Positions 46,681 through 60,142 of a stretch of DNA of 64,000 nucleotides are shown in pieces. The stretch comes from Salpingoeca rosetta. Its lineage: Eukaryota > Protista > Choanoflagellata. A program made the position numbers and the translations under genes. Below the pieces are notes generated by a model. The model was not told where the DNA came from, did no database searches, and worked only from the letters and a program-made list of their open reading frames with translations. The stretch is taken from contig JAWQFM010000003.1 of NCBI GenBank assembly GCA_033442325.1, forward strand, positions 222,724-286,723. The letters are read 5' to 3'. How positions within the stretch are numbered: the first letter of the stretch is position 1; each line of letters begins with the position of its first letter.

Positions 46681-49358
46681 GGGCAGTACTCGAATGTGGG
46701 GCGGCCGCTCACCACGACGTTTGTGGCGGCGCTGCGGCTCATTCTGCACCTCAGCGTTCGCCTGAGCCTGTTTGCGTTTGGGCCTACCTCCGCCATGCAA
46801 TTCCTGCGTGGCCCCAAGCGCAGCATTTCCAAGACGCAGGCACGCTTTGTGCAAGATCTGACACACGTGTGCTTGCGCGACCTTGACGCCATTGCCCGGC
46901 GACGCTCGCTACGGGAGGCGTACATGCTCGTTGTGCTCCTCCTCAAACACATGCACAACAGCGCCATCCCGCCTGCGTTCTCCACGGCTGACAAGCGCGA
47001 CGCGTACGAGCGGACGCTGCAGAACGCAACAGCAAACAAGTATCTGACCGACCCGGCGTACCTGCGCAGGGCGGCAGAGAGCGCCGTGGAGGACACACGC
47101 GGGCAGCAGCTTGCCAGGCTGTGGAACTGGTGCAAGCAGCAGATTGAAGTTGCGGACGGCACAAACGCGGGCGAGTCAGCAGCAGGATCGTCAGCACAAG
47201 ACAAATCGTCGGCTCGAGCAGACTTGGCGTCGGTGCCAGGTAGCAGGGACCCTCGCAGCCGGCGTCGTCGTGGCGGTGCCACTGACTACGACGATGACGA
47301 TGATGACGATGGTGATGATGACGATGACAGTGGCGAAAGCATGTACTTTGAATCACTGCTGTCTCAGCGCATGGACGATGAGAGTGGCGCGTCGCTGCTG
47401 ACGATGCTGCGGTCTCCACGCGAGCCCGTCACGCTCGACCGCTTCTTTGAGGACTTTCAGTCCAGCAGCGAGTACAAGACGCGCCATCGCCTGCTTGATG
47501 CTGTGCAGCGCATGGAGGAGCGGTTGGTGCATGTGCATGTGCTGGTGGACATTCTCGCCTGGCACGCTGTCCTATTTGACGTGTTCCCGGACGGCAGCCT
47601 GACACGTGAGCAAGCAGCGGAGATCACCAACGCGGATGTGGTTGCAATGCTGCCGGTGGGACGACGCGAGGCCGCATCGCGTGTCCTCGATCGCTTCTGT
47701 ACCGGATTCAACGCCGCCTTTCCTCTCCTGCACCCGGTACGCATGCAGATGGCGCGTGGTGTGGTGTTGTAATGTGCGGTGGTATGCAGCGTTGGGATTG
47801 GTGTGCATGTAGGGGCGACTGACATGACTGGTGTTTGGTTTGGGGCGTACTTGACTGTTGCGTGGAGCGGCTAACTGGTTTCTGCAGTGTCGAGTTTGTT
47901 TTACACCACCAAGCAGCACTGCTTGGTTCATGCCAGTTGTGATGTTACACAGATTTATTATTTCATGTTGCGTGCACTCACTTGTGATGCTCTGTGCATT
48001 TTCAATCGTTCTTTGTTGCCTGCCGTTCCTCACCTCCCACTCCATCCATCCCCCACCTTGCTCAATGGGTACGCTCGTCACGTTTGACACAGAACATCTA
48101 CGAGTGCGACCCGAACCCCTTCTTGACACAGCGCAAGGAGGTAGATCTGTCTGGACTACAGCAGTCCCCAGGCCTCCCCATGAGCCCGAGCGTCGCCATC
48201 ATCTTCTCGCTGCCGGCACACGCACGTGGCGAGACGGATGCGCGAGGCCTGTGCACGCTGCAGCTGTGCCGGCTGCTGGCCAACGCACACAACGAACTGG
48301 TGACTGCACTCGCTGCCGCAAGGGCGCCTGTGAACACAGCAGCTGCAATGACCGTCGACCATGCACAGCAGCAGCAACAAGGGCAGCAGCGGCAACAGCA
48401 GCAGCCACAACAGCAGCATGTGGTACGAGCAGACGCGCAGGCTGTTGCGAGCGCGTTTGGCGCTGCTGTATCGCATCTTACGCCGCGGGTTGCGCTGGAC
48501 CAAGCCATCATCAAGTACTCGCGTGGCGAGATGGAGCGGCTTGTGCGCCTGCATGCGATTGAGCCGTTGCGATACGCGGTGACGGGAATCACGTCGTGGT
48601 TTGACTTTGCCGGCGTGGAGAATGCGTTGGCGCGCCGTCTGCTGCACGGCAAGTCGACAATTCAGCTTGAGCTGCAGCAGTACCACTACGGCGGGGAGCT
48701 GAACAACACGGGGCACCTGAGCACCCTGCGCATGCGTGTGCCACAGGCTGCTCTGAGCAAGGCGGTGAGCGCGCACATTGTGAGCGAGCTGGACACGCAG
48801 AACCGCATCAACGCCGTGCTGGGCCACCTTGAGGCGTGCATCTCGTTCCTGGCCTCCGTGGGCGGCCTCTCTGCTGCTGCCGGCATCTCCGAGGAGACGC
48901 TACTTGCAGATTACATCACGGGCACGCTGCTGGTGAATGCGGACACGTGGGCCAGCGCCTCGTGCGACTCCATCAACAGGCACGTGCAGCTGCGACACGT
49001 ACAGAGCCTGTTTGTGCTGTTGGAGCAGCAGCTGTCTGCGACCACGCTCGACTTTGTGCACTCGTCGTACCGCGAGCCGCTGCCGGCAGATGTGGTTGCG
49101 GTGCTGAAGCGGGACATGCACGCGTTTGACTTTGACTTTTTGCAGACGCTGCTGCGTGATCTGCTGGTGAACCGGCTGACGGAGGCAAACTTCCCGAGCG
49201 ACGGCCCGCTCAAGGACTATCTGGAGTACCTGACGGAGGTTGACATTTCCGAGGCGGCGTGGTTCCAGTTCCTGCCAGACACGCTCGCGCTCGCACACGC
49301 ACACAGCCTGTACGAGTTTGTCTCCTCCTCCTCCTCGTCATCTTCTCAGGAGGTGTGA
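23195..49358 (+). CDS. RNF213/mysterin-like giant AAA+ ATPase and RZ-finger E3 ligase with N-terminal NHL repeats, ~20 exons, ~7000 aa
   Basis: The exon junctions checked splice in frame from ATG 23195 to TGA 49358. RNF213-type motifs: [128 protein letters not shown] finger [35 protein letters not shown] and an RNF213-like C-terminal domain. Confidence 0.9.
26770..29120 (+). other. Six NHL repeats (predicted beta-propeller) within the RNF213-like gene
   Basis: Repeat cores [103 protein letters not shown], joined by V.TxAG...G..DG linkers. Confidence 0.9.
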
Positions 49359-49881
49359 TTTGAGAGAGGAGAGTGATGTGTGTGTGTGTGTGAGAGAGGG
49401 CGAGAGAGGAGAGTGATGAGTGTGTGAGAGAGGGTGTGTGTGTGTGAGTGTGTGAGTGTGTGTATGAGTGTGAGGGTGTGAGTGGGAGTGAGACGTGAGA
49501 GAATGGGACGTGATTGTATGCACGTTTGTGTGTGTGTGTGTGGTTGTTGCTTTTGTTGTTGGTTTCAAGTGAACACTTTAAGTGAAACATCATCGAAGAG
49601 CATGCCAAGCAACACATGGACACAGGTAGACACAGTCACAAACAGGCAGGGACACAAACACACACAGGCAGGCAGACACAAACGTGCATACAATCACACA
49701 CACACACACACAGACACGGATGAACACACACGCACACACACAGACACGGATGAACACACAAACACACACAATCCAAACAAATGTGGTGGTGATTGGTGGA
49801 TATCTTCAGCCAATTTTCGCCAACCACAGCAAAAAGCCATTCCCACCGCAGCTTTTGCGCGACAACAAACAGAACAACACC

Positions 49882-52069
49882 ATGGCAGACGCAGCGCCGC
49901 TTGAGCTACCGCGTGTGCGGTGGTCGCTGGATGAATGTAAGCAATGTTTCGATCCTAGTCTGCTGCGCACCTGTGCGTGCGTGCGTGTGTGCGTAAAGGT
50001 TTGCTCGTGGCTGTGTGATTTGTTGTGGTGGTTGTCGTCCATGCCGTCGTCGTGGGTTTGAAGGTCACCAACACACGAGAGGGGCTGTGTTGTTGATGAT
50101 AGTGTTGATTGCTTTGTTCGAGGCTTTGGGCTTTGGCTGACTTCCTGTCCTTGCTTGTTTTGTTGTTGGTGTGATTGGTTGATCAGCATGCTTTACCATC
50201 GCCACGGGTGAAGGGTTCTGGGTGTACAACTCGGATCCAACAACGCTCATCAAGAAGCAAGGTGAGCGCGCATTTCGTGTGTGCATGTTCTGTCATGACA
50301 CATCGTGTTTGAGAGTGCGATGTCTGGGACATGATGTGATGTGCACAGCTACGCGTTTATGCTGGCAGGCATAGATCTCACTCCGTCTTACCCTTGTGCA
50401 TGTGTGTGTGCAGACCTGGATGGCGGGGTATCAATCGCGCAGCTGTTGAACAGAAGCAACATTGTCCTGCTTGTTGGTGGAGGCGAGAAGCCCGTGGATG
50501 CACCGAACAGAAGTGCGTCCTCGTGTTGGCCCTGTGCAAGCTTGATTTGCTTGGGCCTTGCTTGCTTGGTCTTCTGTGTGTATGTGTGTGTGTGTGTGTG
50601 TGTGTGTTCGTGTGTGTGACAACCCCACGCTCACCACAGTTTCTTCGCTACTTTTCTGTCCTTGGCGTTCCTTTGCCGCAGTTTGTGTGTGGGACGATGT
50701 CAAAGGCCGCATCGTGCACAGGATCGAACTCAAGAAGAACATTCTTAACCTCCTCGTCAAGCACCAAAGGTACGTGTGTATCCATTGTTTGTTTGTGTGT
50801 GTATATGTGTGGTGTGCAGTGTGCGGCTGGTGTATTTACATGGTTTGTTTGCGTGTGCATGTGCGTGTGCGTGCATGTGTGCGTGTGTGCGTGTGTGTGT
50901 GCTTTGACATACAAGCACAAAGAGTGGCCATTGTTCCGTTGGGAAGATGGTCAGATGCTCACGCATGTGCACAGGCTTGTTGCAGTGGTTGACGACGAGG
51001 TATCGGTGTTCAGTTTCCCCGGCAAACCGTTTCCAAAGCTGTTGCGGACGATCGAGACCCGCCCCAACCCACACGGTGTGGTGTGCTGCGTTGCGCTGTG
51101 TTTGTTTCTTGTCCAAGGACATCTTTTCCTTTCCTTTGCTTCCTGCGTTGTTTGCCTGTTGGCATCTTTCTTTGTGCTTGGTTTCGCTTCAGATCTCACT
51201 GCTGCCCTCGACACACACACACACACACAACACACACACACACAACACAACACACACACAACACACACACACAACACATACATACGCACGTACACACACC
51301 AAATACGCACACACACACACAACACAACACACGTACTTCGACGGGTTGATTTGTAGCGCTGGTGACCCTGTCCTCGGTGCCATCTGTGCACATTCTCGCC
51401 TGTCCCGGCATGCAGCCCACGGACGTGTACATCTTGGATGTAGGCAGCGACAAGCCCAAGATTGGCCCAACCATGGTGTCTGCACACAAGCACCCGGTCA
51501 CGAACATGAACATTGACGCCCGCGGCGAGCTGCTTGCCACGGCCTCCTCTCGCGGCACCATCGTGCGTGTGTACGACACGCAGCGCGGCAAATTGTTGCA
51601 CGAGTTTCGTCGCGGGTACACGTCATCCATGTTGACCACACTGCAGTTCAGCCGCGACGCCACCCTGCTGTGCGCAGCGAGCGACCAGTCCATCCACCTG
51701 TACCACATTGCCAACCCGAGCCTCAACACACGGTCCGTGTTTGGGTTCTACAAGATGGAGGGCGCTCGCTCGCGTGCGTTTTCGTCGTTTGAGACGACGG
51801 GCCCCTGCGTGTGTCGCTTTGACCGCCAGGGCCAGGCCGTTATTGCGGTGTGCGCAACACGCATTGCGCACAAGCTTCGGTTTGACAAGCGGACAGGGGA
51901 GGCCGACGACAGCCAGGCGATTGTGCAGCTGATGAAGCACAACTCTGGCAGTCTGTTCCGCGTTGACCCGGACAAGTGGCGGGAAGCGCATCGTGGGTAC
52001 GCCAAAGACATGTCGACCAGCACCGGCAGCGACACTGGCAGTGCTACTGGTGGCAGCGCAGAAGGATGA
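49882..52069 (+). CDS. PROPPIN (WIPI3/WIPI4/Hsv2-like) phosphoinositide-binding WD40 autophagy protein, 6 exons
   Basis: [30 protein letters not shown]...PNR/x[20 protein letters not shown]...[19 protein letters not shown]...HEFRRG (lipid-binding motif). The NIxxLVGGG..P.N....WDD pattern points to the WIPI3/4 branch. Confidence 0.9.
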
Positions 52070-52530
52070 GAGGCGACATGCGCGTGTGTGTGTGCGTGTG
52101 TGTGTTTGTGTGCGTGCGTGCGTTTGTGTGTGTGTGTGTTTGTGTGTTTGTGCGTGTTTGTGTGTGTTTGTGTGTGTGTGCGTGCGTGCGTTCGTGTGTG
52201 TGTGTGTGTGTGTTTGTGTGTTTGTGTGTGTTTGTGTGTGTGTGTTTGTGTGCGTGCGTGCGTGTGTGCGGTATCGCTGTGGTTGTGTGTTGTTGTGATT
52301 CTGTGCGTGATAGCGGAGGATATTGGTGTCGTTGTTATTCCTTTACGACCCGTCGTGTTGGCTTGATACTTGCTCTTTGTTGATGGGAAGGTTTCGGTGA
52401 TGTCACCACACGTCTACTTCTCATGGTCGTGTTTATGTTCGTGTTACGCTCTACTCCTGTTCTGCCGCGGGGATGCAAACAGACACAGTAAACTGGGTTG
52501 GAAAAGTGTGGGCGTTGTGTGAAGTGAACA

Positions 52531-52570
<40 letters not shown>

Positions 52571-52782
52571 CTATCATCGTGTGAGAATGAACAGTGGAGT
52601 GAGTGGAGGACAAATTAAGGAAGAGAGGACAGAAGAATGCTGCGCGTGCAAGGTGCAGCTAAATAACTGTGTATGTGTGTGTGTGTGCGCGTGCGTGTGC
52701 GCGTGCGTGTGCGTGTGTACATGCGTGCTTGCTTGGACGAGTTGTGCGTGTGCATGGCACCGCACATTGATCAGGTGTCGCC

Positions 52783-53109
52783 TCAGCAGTTGCGACGACG
52801 ACGACGACGACGACGTCGACGCCTGCGTCTCCGGCGGCGACGGCGGCATTGCGGCGTGGTTGTGGTTGTGGTTGTGGTTGTGGTTGTGGTTGTGGTTGTA
52901 GTTGTTGTTCTTGTTCTTGTTGTGGTGGTGGTGGTATCTGCGGTTGTTGTGAGGTCGTCTGTGGTTGAGGGCTGTTCACTTGCTGTTGTTGACACCACGT
53001 TGCTTGTTGTTGTCACCGTCGGGGTGGGCGTTGGCGCGGGCGTGAAACCGCCCGTGGAAAACTCCTCGGCAGTCAACAAGCACGATCCACGTGTCTGCGC
53101 GTGGTTGCA

Positions 53110-53182
<73 letters not shown>

Positions 53183-53824
53183 AATGCGCCATGCGCATGA
53201 GAATTGGCAATCTTGTGATGTGATGGGAGTTGTGATGAACGTAGTGGGCAGCGACGCTGAACGGCAATCGACATGGCTCCAGCACCAACACTAGCGGCAC
53301 CTCTTTGTGCATTTGTGCGTGTGTGCGTGTGTGAGTGTGTGTGAGTGTGTGTGCGTGTGTTCATGCACACACCTGGATGGCGTAGTCGATGTCGCTTCGG
53401 GAGCAGGGGGAGAGCGAGAGCGAGTTTTCACCAAAGGTGATCAGGGGGTACATGAGATAGTACGCGTCTGCACGGAAAGAGAAACAGAGAGAGGGGGGGG
53501 GGTGAGAGAATGTGCGTGTGCGTGTGTGTACGTGATATGTGTGCGAATGGAAGGCGTGTGAGTGCGCTCAGTTTCAGACAAACACACACACACACACACA
53601 CACCTGTTGGGTTGCATTTGTTGCCGTCTCTGCGCTGGCAAGATTCCTGGTAGGAGCAACTTGATCCAAGGCAGCACGTGTGATACGCACCTGGTGCAAC
53701 GGGGAAAGGCACAAGAGTAACAGATGAGCTATGATCGCAATGAAGGGACGAAGCCCGAGTGCATTGGAGCAGATACATGCTGTTCGCTAACCCCTGCCAC
53801 GTCACATCAAACGCAATATATCAC

Positions 53825-53911
<87 letters not shown>

Positions 53912-54077
53912 GTGCACGCACGCACATCATACCAAATGCGTGGCCAATCTCGTGTGCAAATGTGCGGAAGAGGGTGTCATCTGACAAGTCGACGCCATTC
54001 GAGAGACTCGTGGCCACGATGGTGTTCCACGCGCGCCTGTCATCAGAGGCGCCAAACAGCGGAGGCCTTATTGGTGC

Positions 54078-54143
<66 letters not shown>

Positions 54144-54239
54144 GGTGTGGTCATCATCGTGATGGGCGCAGACATGAGGACGCGCGAGAAGGAATCAAGG
54201 GCACTGAATGCATGAAAGGCCCAAACGCACAGCACGAAC

Positions 54240-54328
<89 letters not shown>

Positions 54329-54949
54329 GATCGACCACGACTGACTTGATGTCTGTGTCGCAAAAGCCGCCGCTGAAGCTGTTGGAGATGATGGTGGCGC
54401 CACTCACGCCAGAGAGGTCAAAGTGGGAGAGGTAGATGTTCAAGCACACGTCGTTCGCCGCGGGCTGTCCAGGCAGGCGCAGCCGCTCGCTCTCATCTGA
54501 ACAGCAGAGCGGAAAAGGGAGGATGAATTTACGCACATGCCCGCGCGCACGCATCTTTGTGCATGCGGTGGCATTGTAGCAACTGCAGCTGGGTGGTGTA
54601 GGCATTGGGTCACGAAAGGAGACGTGTTTCGTCTCACATCACCACATCACATCACGCCACACCCACATGCACACCCCGCATCAGCCACATAACGTCATAT
54701 TGCATCCATTCATGGCGGGGCAGCCTCACTTGTCTCAAGGGCGTCCTCTGCCAGCAGCTGCTGCACAAACACGAGGAAATCGGCAACGGGGGACTGCTGT
54801 GGAAGAAAGCGCTCCAGCCGCACATCGCGGTGGATCTGCAGGTGTGGTGGTGGTGGTGGTGGCAATGGACGTGTATGGTGAGATACATGGTGAGATGCAT
54901 GGTGGGATGGCGCGTGCCTGTGTGCGTGTTGTTGTGGTGTCGTACAAAC

Positions 54950-54980
<31 letters not shown>

Positions 54981-54993
54981 GCACGCACGCACA

Positions 54994-55026
<33 letters not shown>

Positions 55027-55027
55027 G

Positions 55028-55060
<33 letters not shown>

Positions 55061-55331
55061 CACACACACACACACACCCACACACACACACACGCACGCA
55101 GGCGAAGGCTTCTAACCGTCCCCGCGGCGCTTATTTGTTCCCCCCGGTTCCGACATGCACAAAGTCGACCGCCAACTTGTTGTTGCTTCACCTTCGGATT
55201 GTCGACATTAAGACCTCCAAACGCCACGGACNNNNNNNNNNNNNNNNNNNNNNNNNNNNNNNNNNNNNNNNNNNNNNNNNNNNNNNNNNNNNNNNNNNNN
55301 NNNNNNNNNNNNNNNNNNNNNNNNNNNNNNN

Positions 55332-55393
<62 letters not shown>

Positions 55394-56148
55394 CACGCAC
55401 ACACACACACACACCTCACGCACACTCAAACACACACACTCAAACACACACACTCAAACACACACGCACGCACCCCGAGAGCATCTTCGTCGCTGCCTGC
55501 TTCTTGCCAGCTTGTGCGATCAATGTCCACAAACACTGTGCAGATTGGCAAATCGGTGTCCTGGCCCTGGTTCGAGTCTTCATCCACGCCAAACCAAACA
55601 GTACCACCACGCGTACGCATACATGTCATCTGGCATGTGAGGCATGAGATCAAACTTCCATTCCAGCCACCACTGTGCTTTTAGGGACAACATAACACGC
55701 ACACACATGCGCGCACAACCATGCACAACAGCGTGTGAGCGACTGTGCAGTACGACCTCGTCTTCTTCGGCCGCCGCTAGATGGCGCCTGAATCTTGCGG
55801 AGCAGCTCGTCCTCACGCGCACCGCCATCGCCCTCAAAGTTGATGACCTGCGGCTCTGATTGGGTTGTGATCTACAATGGCAATTTACAGCAGAGGGGGA
55901 TATAGGTGAGAGAGACGCATGAGATGAAGCGTCAGTAAGTGAGTGAGATAAAATAAATCGATGCAAGATACGGAACAATGTGCCTCCTTCTTGTGCACCT
56001 CAGCTCACACAAGTGCACAGAGGTACACACGCACACGCACACACACACACACACACAGACACAGAGAACACGGAGGTACACACGCCCAATTATAAGCACA
56101 CACACACACACACACGCAGAAACACACACACACACACACACGCAGAAA

Positions 56149-56195
<47 letters not shown>

Positions 56196-56531
56196 GCAGA
56201 AACACACATACACACCCATGCGTTTACACACCGTCACATCGTCCATGTGGTAGATGTAGATGGCTGGGCGGCCTTGGATGTGCAAGGTGGCGAGCCAATA
56301 CGTGGCACGCCGCTTGCCCCGGCCGAATCCGACCACCTCGTTTGTTCCTGCCTTGTACAGGTCACCGCCGATTGTTGTGTCTGTTTCTTCGCCACGCAAC
56401 TCCACGTCGTAGTCGAGGTGATTCTGGGGCGTGGCGTGGAAGGTCACGGCGCTTGCATCCGAGACCATCGTCGTCGCCGCCACCACCACAACAACCAGCA
56501 GCATGCGTGCCGCTGTCGATATCGACCTCAT
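52783..56531 (-). CDS. Secreted ADAM10/17-like (reprolysin, M12B) zinc metalloprotease with Thr-rich stalk and poly-Arg tail; part may lie in gap 55232-55331
   Basis: Signal peptide [19 protein letters not shown], prodomain ending GGRRRR (furin-like), [27 protein letters not shown], spliced zinc motif [14 protein letters not shown] (HExxHxxGxxH), Met-turn [25 protein letters not shown], then a Thr-rich stretch and PQC-R18-NC*. Confidence 0.82.
54077..54143. repeat. (ATG)n microsatellite in a metalloprotease intron
   Basis: Perfect gat tandem run seen directly. Confidence 0.9.
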
Positions 56532-56819
56532 CGTGGCCGTCGTTCTCACCTTCCCCTTCTTTTGTTCCTCCCTTGTTGCTGTGCTTTCACTTGCCGCCCT
56601 CTGCTATTGCGTGTCTCCCCCAGTCTTCGTGTCATGTCACACGCACAGAGCAAATGAACGCAAGCAGCCAGCCAGCAAGCAGCAGCCAGCCAGCAGTGGC
56701 ACAGGACCACGCATGGTTGCTGTCCTCCCGAGGTGGCCGCCCCGCAACGCACACAAATTGGAAAGCGACACCACAAAAAGCAATTTGGTTGACACGACCT
56801 GCGGACGACACGACACACG
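56532..56819. promoter_or_regulatory. Probable bidirectional promoter between the metalloprotease and GPN1
   Basis: Only 288 bp between divergent start codons. Confidence 0.5.
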
Positions 56820-57705
56820 ATGGCGACGCAGCAAACAAGCGAGAACGCTGCCAAGCAGCAGCAGGAGCAGGAGGTGCCCACGGCGCCCATGGTTGGCACA
56901 ACGCCGTGCATCATCTGCATCGGTGAGCGAGTGCTGTGCTTTCGCCTGTGTACGCATGCATGTGTATTGTTTTGGTGTGTGTTTGGTGTGTGTGTGTGTG
57001 TGTTTTTTGGAGTGTGCGTGTGTGATGAAGGCGGTGTGGTGGCGTGGGCAATCTGAGCATCCCTCACACGTGCACACGTGCACCCATCACGACAGGCATG
57101 GCTGGGTCGGGCAAGACGTCGCTGGTGCAGCGAATTAATGCCTACTTGCATCAGCGGCATGCGGGGCGACAGTGCAGCAGTGCAACCAGTGCACCAGGCA
57201 CAGAAGCCAAACAAGCAGCAAGCACAGCACAGGCAGACACAACAGCAGAAGCCCCCACACACGCAGAAGCGACAACAGAAGCAGAGACAGTAGACACGAC
57301 AGCAGAGGCGATGGATACAACAGCCTCAACAGAGGCACCAAGTGGTGAGGCCAGTACCACGCCTGCAGCGGCTACAGCTGACCGTACGCCGTGCTATGTG
57401 CTCAACCTGGATCCGGCGGTGTATCAGCTCCCGTACGAGGCGAACATTGACATCCGGGAGACCATCAACTACAAGGCCGTGATGAAGGATTATGGCCTTG
57501 GTCCAAACGGCGCCATTGTTACCTGCCTCAACCTCTTTGCCACCAAGTTTGACCAGGTTCAAGCAGCACTGCGCGCATGTGTTTGAGTGTGTGAGTGTGT
57601 GTGTTTTGAGAGAGTGTGTGAGTGTGTCTGAGTGTGTGTTTGAGAGAGAGTGTGTGTGTGTGTCTGAGTGTGTGTGTCTGAGTGTGTGTGTGTGTGTGTG
57701 TGTCT

Positions 57706-57774
<69 letters not shown>

Positions 57775-59407
57775 CGTTTGAGTGTGCGTGTGTGTGCGTG
57801 CGTTTGAGTGTGCGTGTGTGTTTGATTGTCACGTTCGTGGTTTTTTTTTTGTTTTTTGTTTCGACGTGGCAGACCTCCCCACTTGCAGTGTGTTTCGTGT
57901 GTCGCTCTTAGTGTTACCACTGCCAGCTCGCTGCCCCCCCCCCTTCTCCTTCTGTTACTGACCCGTGTGTGTGTTTGGCGCACAGGTGCTGTCGCTCATG
58001 GAGAAACGCAGTCCCACGACGGATTATTTCCTGTTTGACACGCCGGGACAGATTGAGGTGTTCACGTGGTCTGCGTCCGGCACCATCATCACGGAGACGC
58101 TTGGGTCCAGCTTCCCGACGGTTGTGGTGTATGCCATTGACACGCCGCGGTGCACCAGCCCGGTCACATTCATGTCCAACATGCTCTACGCCTGCAGCAT
58201 CATGTACAAGACGCGGCTCCCCTTCATCATTGTCTTCAACAAGGTTGACGTGACCAGCCACGAGTTTGCGGTCGAGTGGATGCGCGACTACGAGACCTTC
58301 CGCGACATTGTGTCGGAGGAGACGGCGTACATTGGCTCCATGGCTCGCTCCATGGGCCTGGTGCTGGAGGAGTTTTACCACAACCTGCGTGCGGTGGGCG
58401 TGTCTGCGCTCACGGGCGCGGGCATGGAGGACCTCTTCTCCGCCGTGGATGAGGCCGTCAACGAGTACATGACAGACTTCAAGCCAGAGCTGGACGAGCT
58501 CCTCAAGAAGAAGGTGCCTGTGTGCCTGTGTGCCTGTGTGTGTATGACTGTATGACGGTGTTTGCAGCTGTGTGTGTGTGTGCGTGTGCGTGTGCGTGTG
58601 CGTGTGTGCGTGTGCGTGTGTGCGTGTGCGTGTGTGTTTGTGCGTGCGTGTGTGCGTGAATATGTTTGCAACCTGGTTTGTATGTGTGTGCGTGTGCGAT
58701 AGTAGTGAACATGTTTGCAGCTTTTTATTTGTGTGTGTGTGTTGCACAGTCCCCGACCCCGTTTTCCTCAACACAACCGAATTTGGCCTGACGCTTTGGT
58801 GTTCTCACTCCACTCTCTGTTGTCTGGTTCCTGTCGGTTCTGGTTTCCACTCTCAACAGGAGCAAGAGAAGATTGACCGTGCCACAGAGTCCCTGACGAA
58901 GCTGGCTCGCGACATGAAGCTGGGAGGCAAGGTGGTCCTCGACTCACGAGCACGTATGTTTGTCGGTGTAGTTGTGATTGTGTGTGTGTGCGTGTGCACT
59001 TTTGTGTGTGTATATATAATTTTGTGCTTTTGTGTGCTTTTGTGTGTGCATATATAATTTTGTGCTTTTGTGTGTGTGTGTGTGTATGTGTGTGTGTGTG
59101 TGTGTCCTTTATGATTCGCACGTTTCATTTGCTTGGTGGTTCTCATCCCCTTGTTTTGGATGTGTGTTCGTACAGCGATGGGGGCAGGGGATGGCGATGA
59201 CGAGGACGACGTGGATTCAGACGATTACGATGGTGAGCCTCACCACTGCTGATTGTGGGTTGTGTGGGGGGCTGTGGGTTGTGAGCGTACCTTGCACACA
59301 CACGCACAAAAGAAGTAAACATTCACACACACACACACACACGTGTATGTACACACACATGTGTATGCACCCGCACACACACACACACACGCACCCGCGC
59401 ACTCACG

Positions 59408-59487
<80 letters not shown>

Positions 59488-59570
59488 ACACAGACCTGGA
59501 GGACAGCGCTCGCGTGGTGCAAGTGGCGACAAAGACCAACGACGCGTTCCAGCGCAGCCAAGGGTTGTGA
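56820..59570 (+). CDS. GPN1: GPN-loop GTPase 1 (XAB1/Npa3)
   Basis: [107 protein letters not shown], acidic C-terminal exons. The 3' end is less certain. Confidence 0.94.
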
Positions 59571-60142
59571 TGTGATGTGACAATGTTTTTGTGTGTCGCA
59601 CTGTCGTCTAAACTTGAACACCATAAATCGCAGTTCAACGCACGCCTGCTTCGCTCTCTTCGCCACTGCTTCGAGTACTTGCGGTCGGCTGACGATTCAA
59701 AAAAACCGTTGTCTGCCTGCAAGCAAGCAAGCAGCGATCGACGTTGTTGGATGGATGGGTGCAAACAGCGTGTTCGTTGTTCGTTGACGTGCACCGTCTG
59801 TCACAACACAATCACTCTGGCTGCGATCAGCAACAACAGATGTCACAAGCCACCCCACCACCCAACACCAAACAAGAAGTGGAAGCAAGTGACAAGCAGC
59901 GCAAAGCAGCGCAAAGCAGACCAAGCAAGCAGGAGGGCATTCTCCCCTTGTTCTTTGATGGCTGCTGGAGGTGGTGAAGCGTTCCACAAGGGTTCCTAGC
60001 GTGCTAACTGAGCCAGCCATCGACACAAAGCGTCACGCACACACCCGAACACACACACACACACACCCCAACTGGACGATACGAAACAGCACTGTGTGCG
60101 TGTGCGGAGAGACTGAGAGCTTGAGAGGGGAGAAGGCACGGC

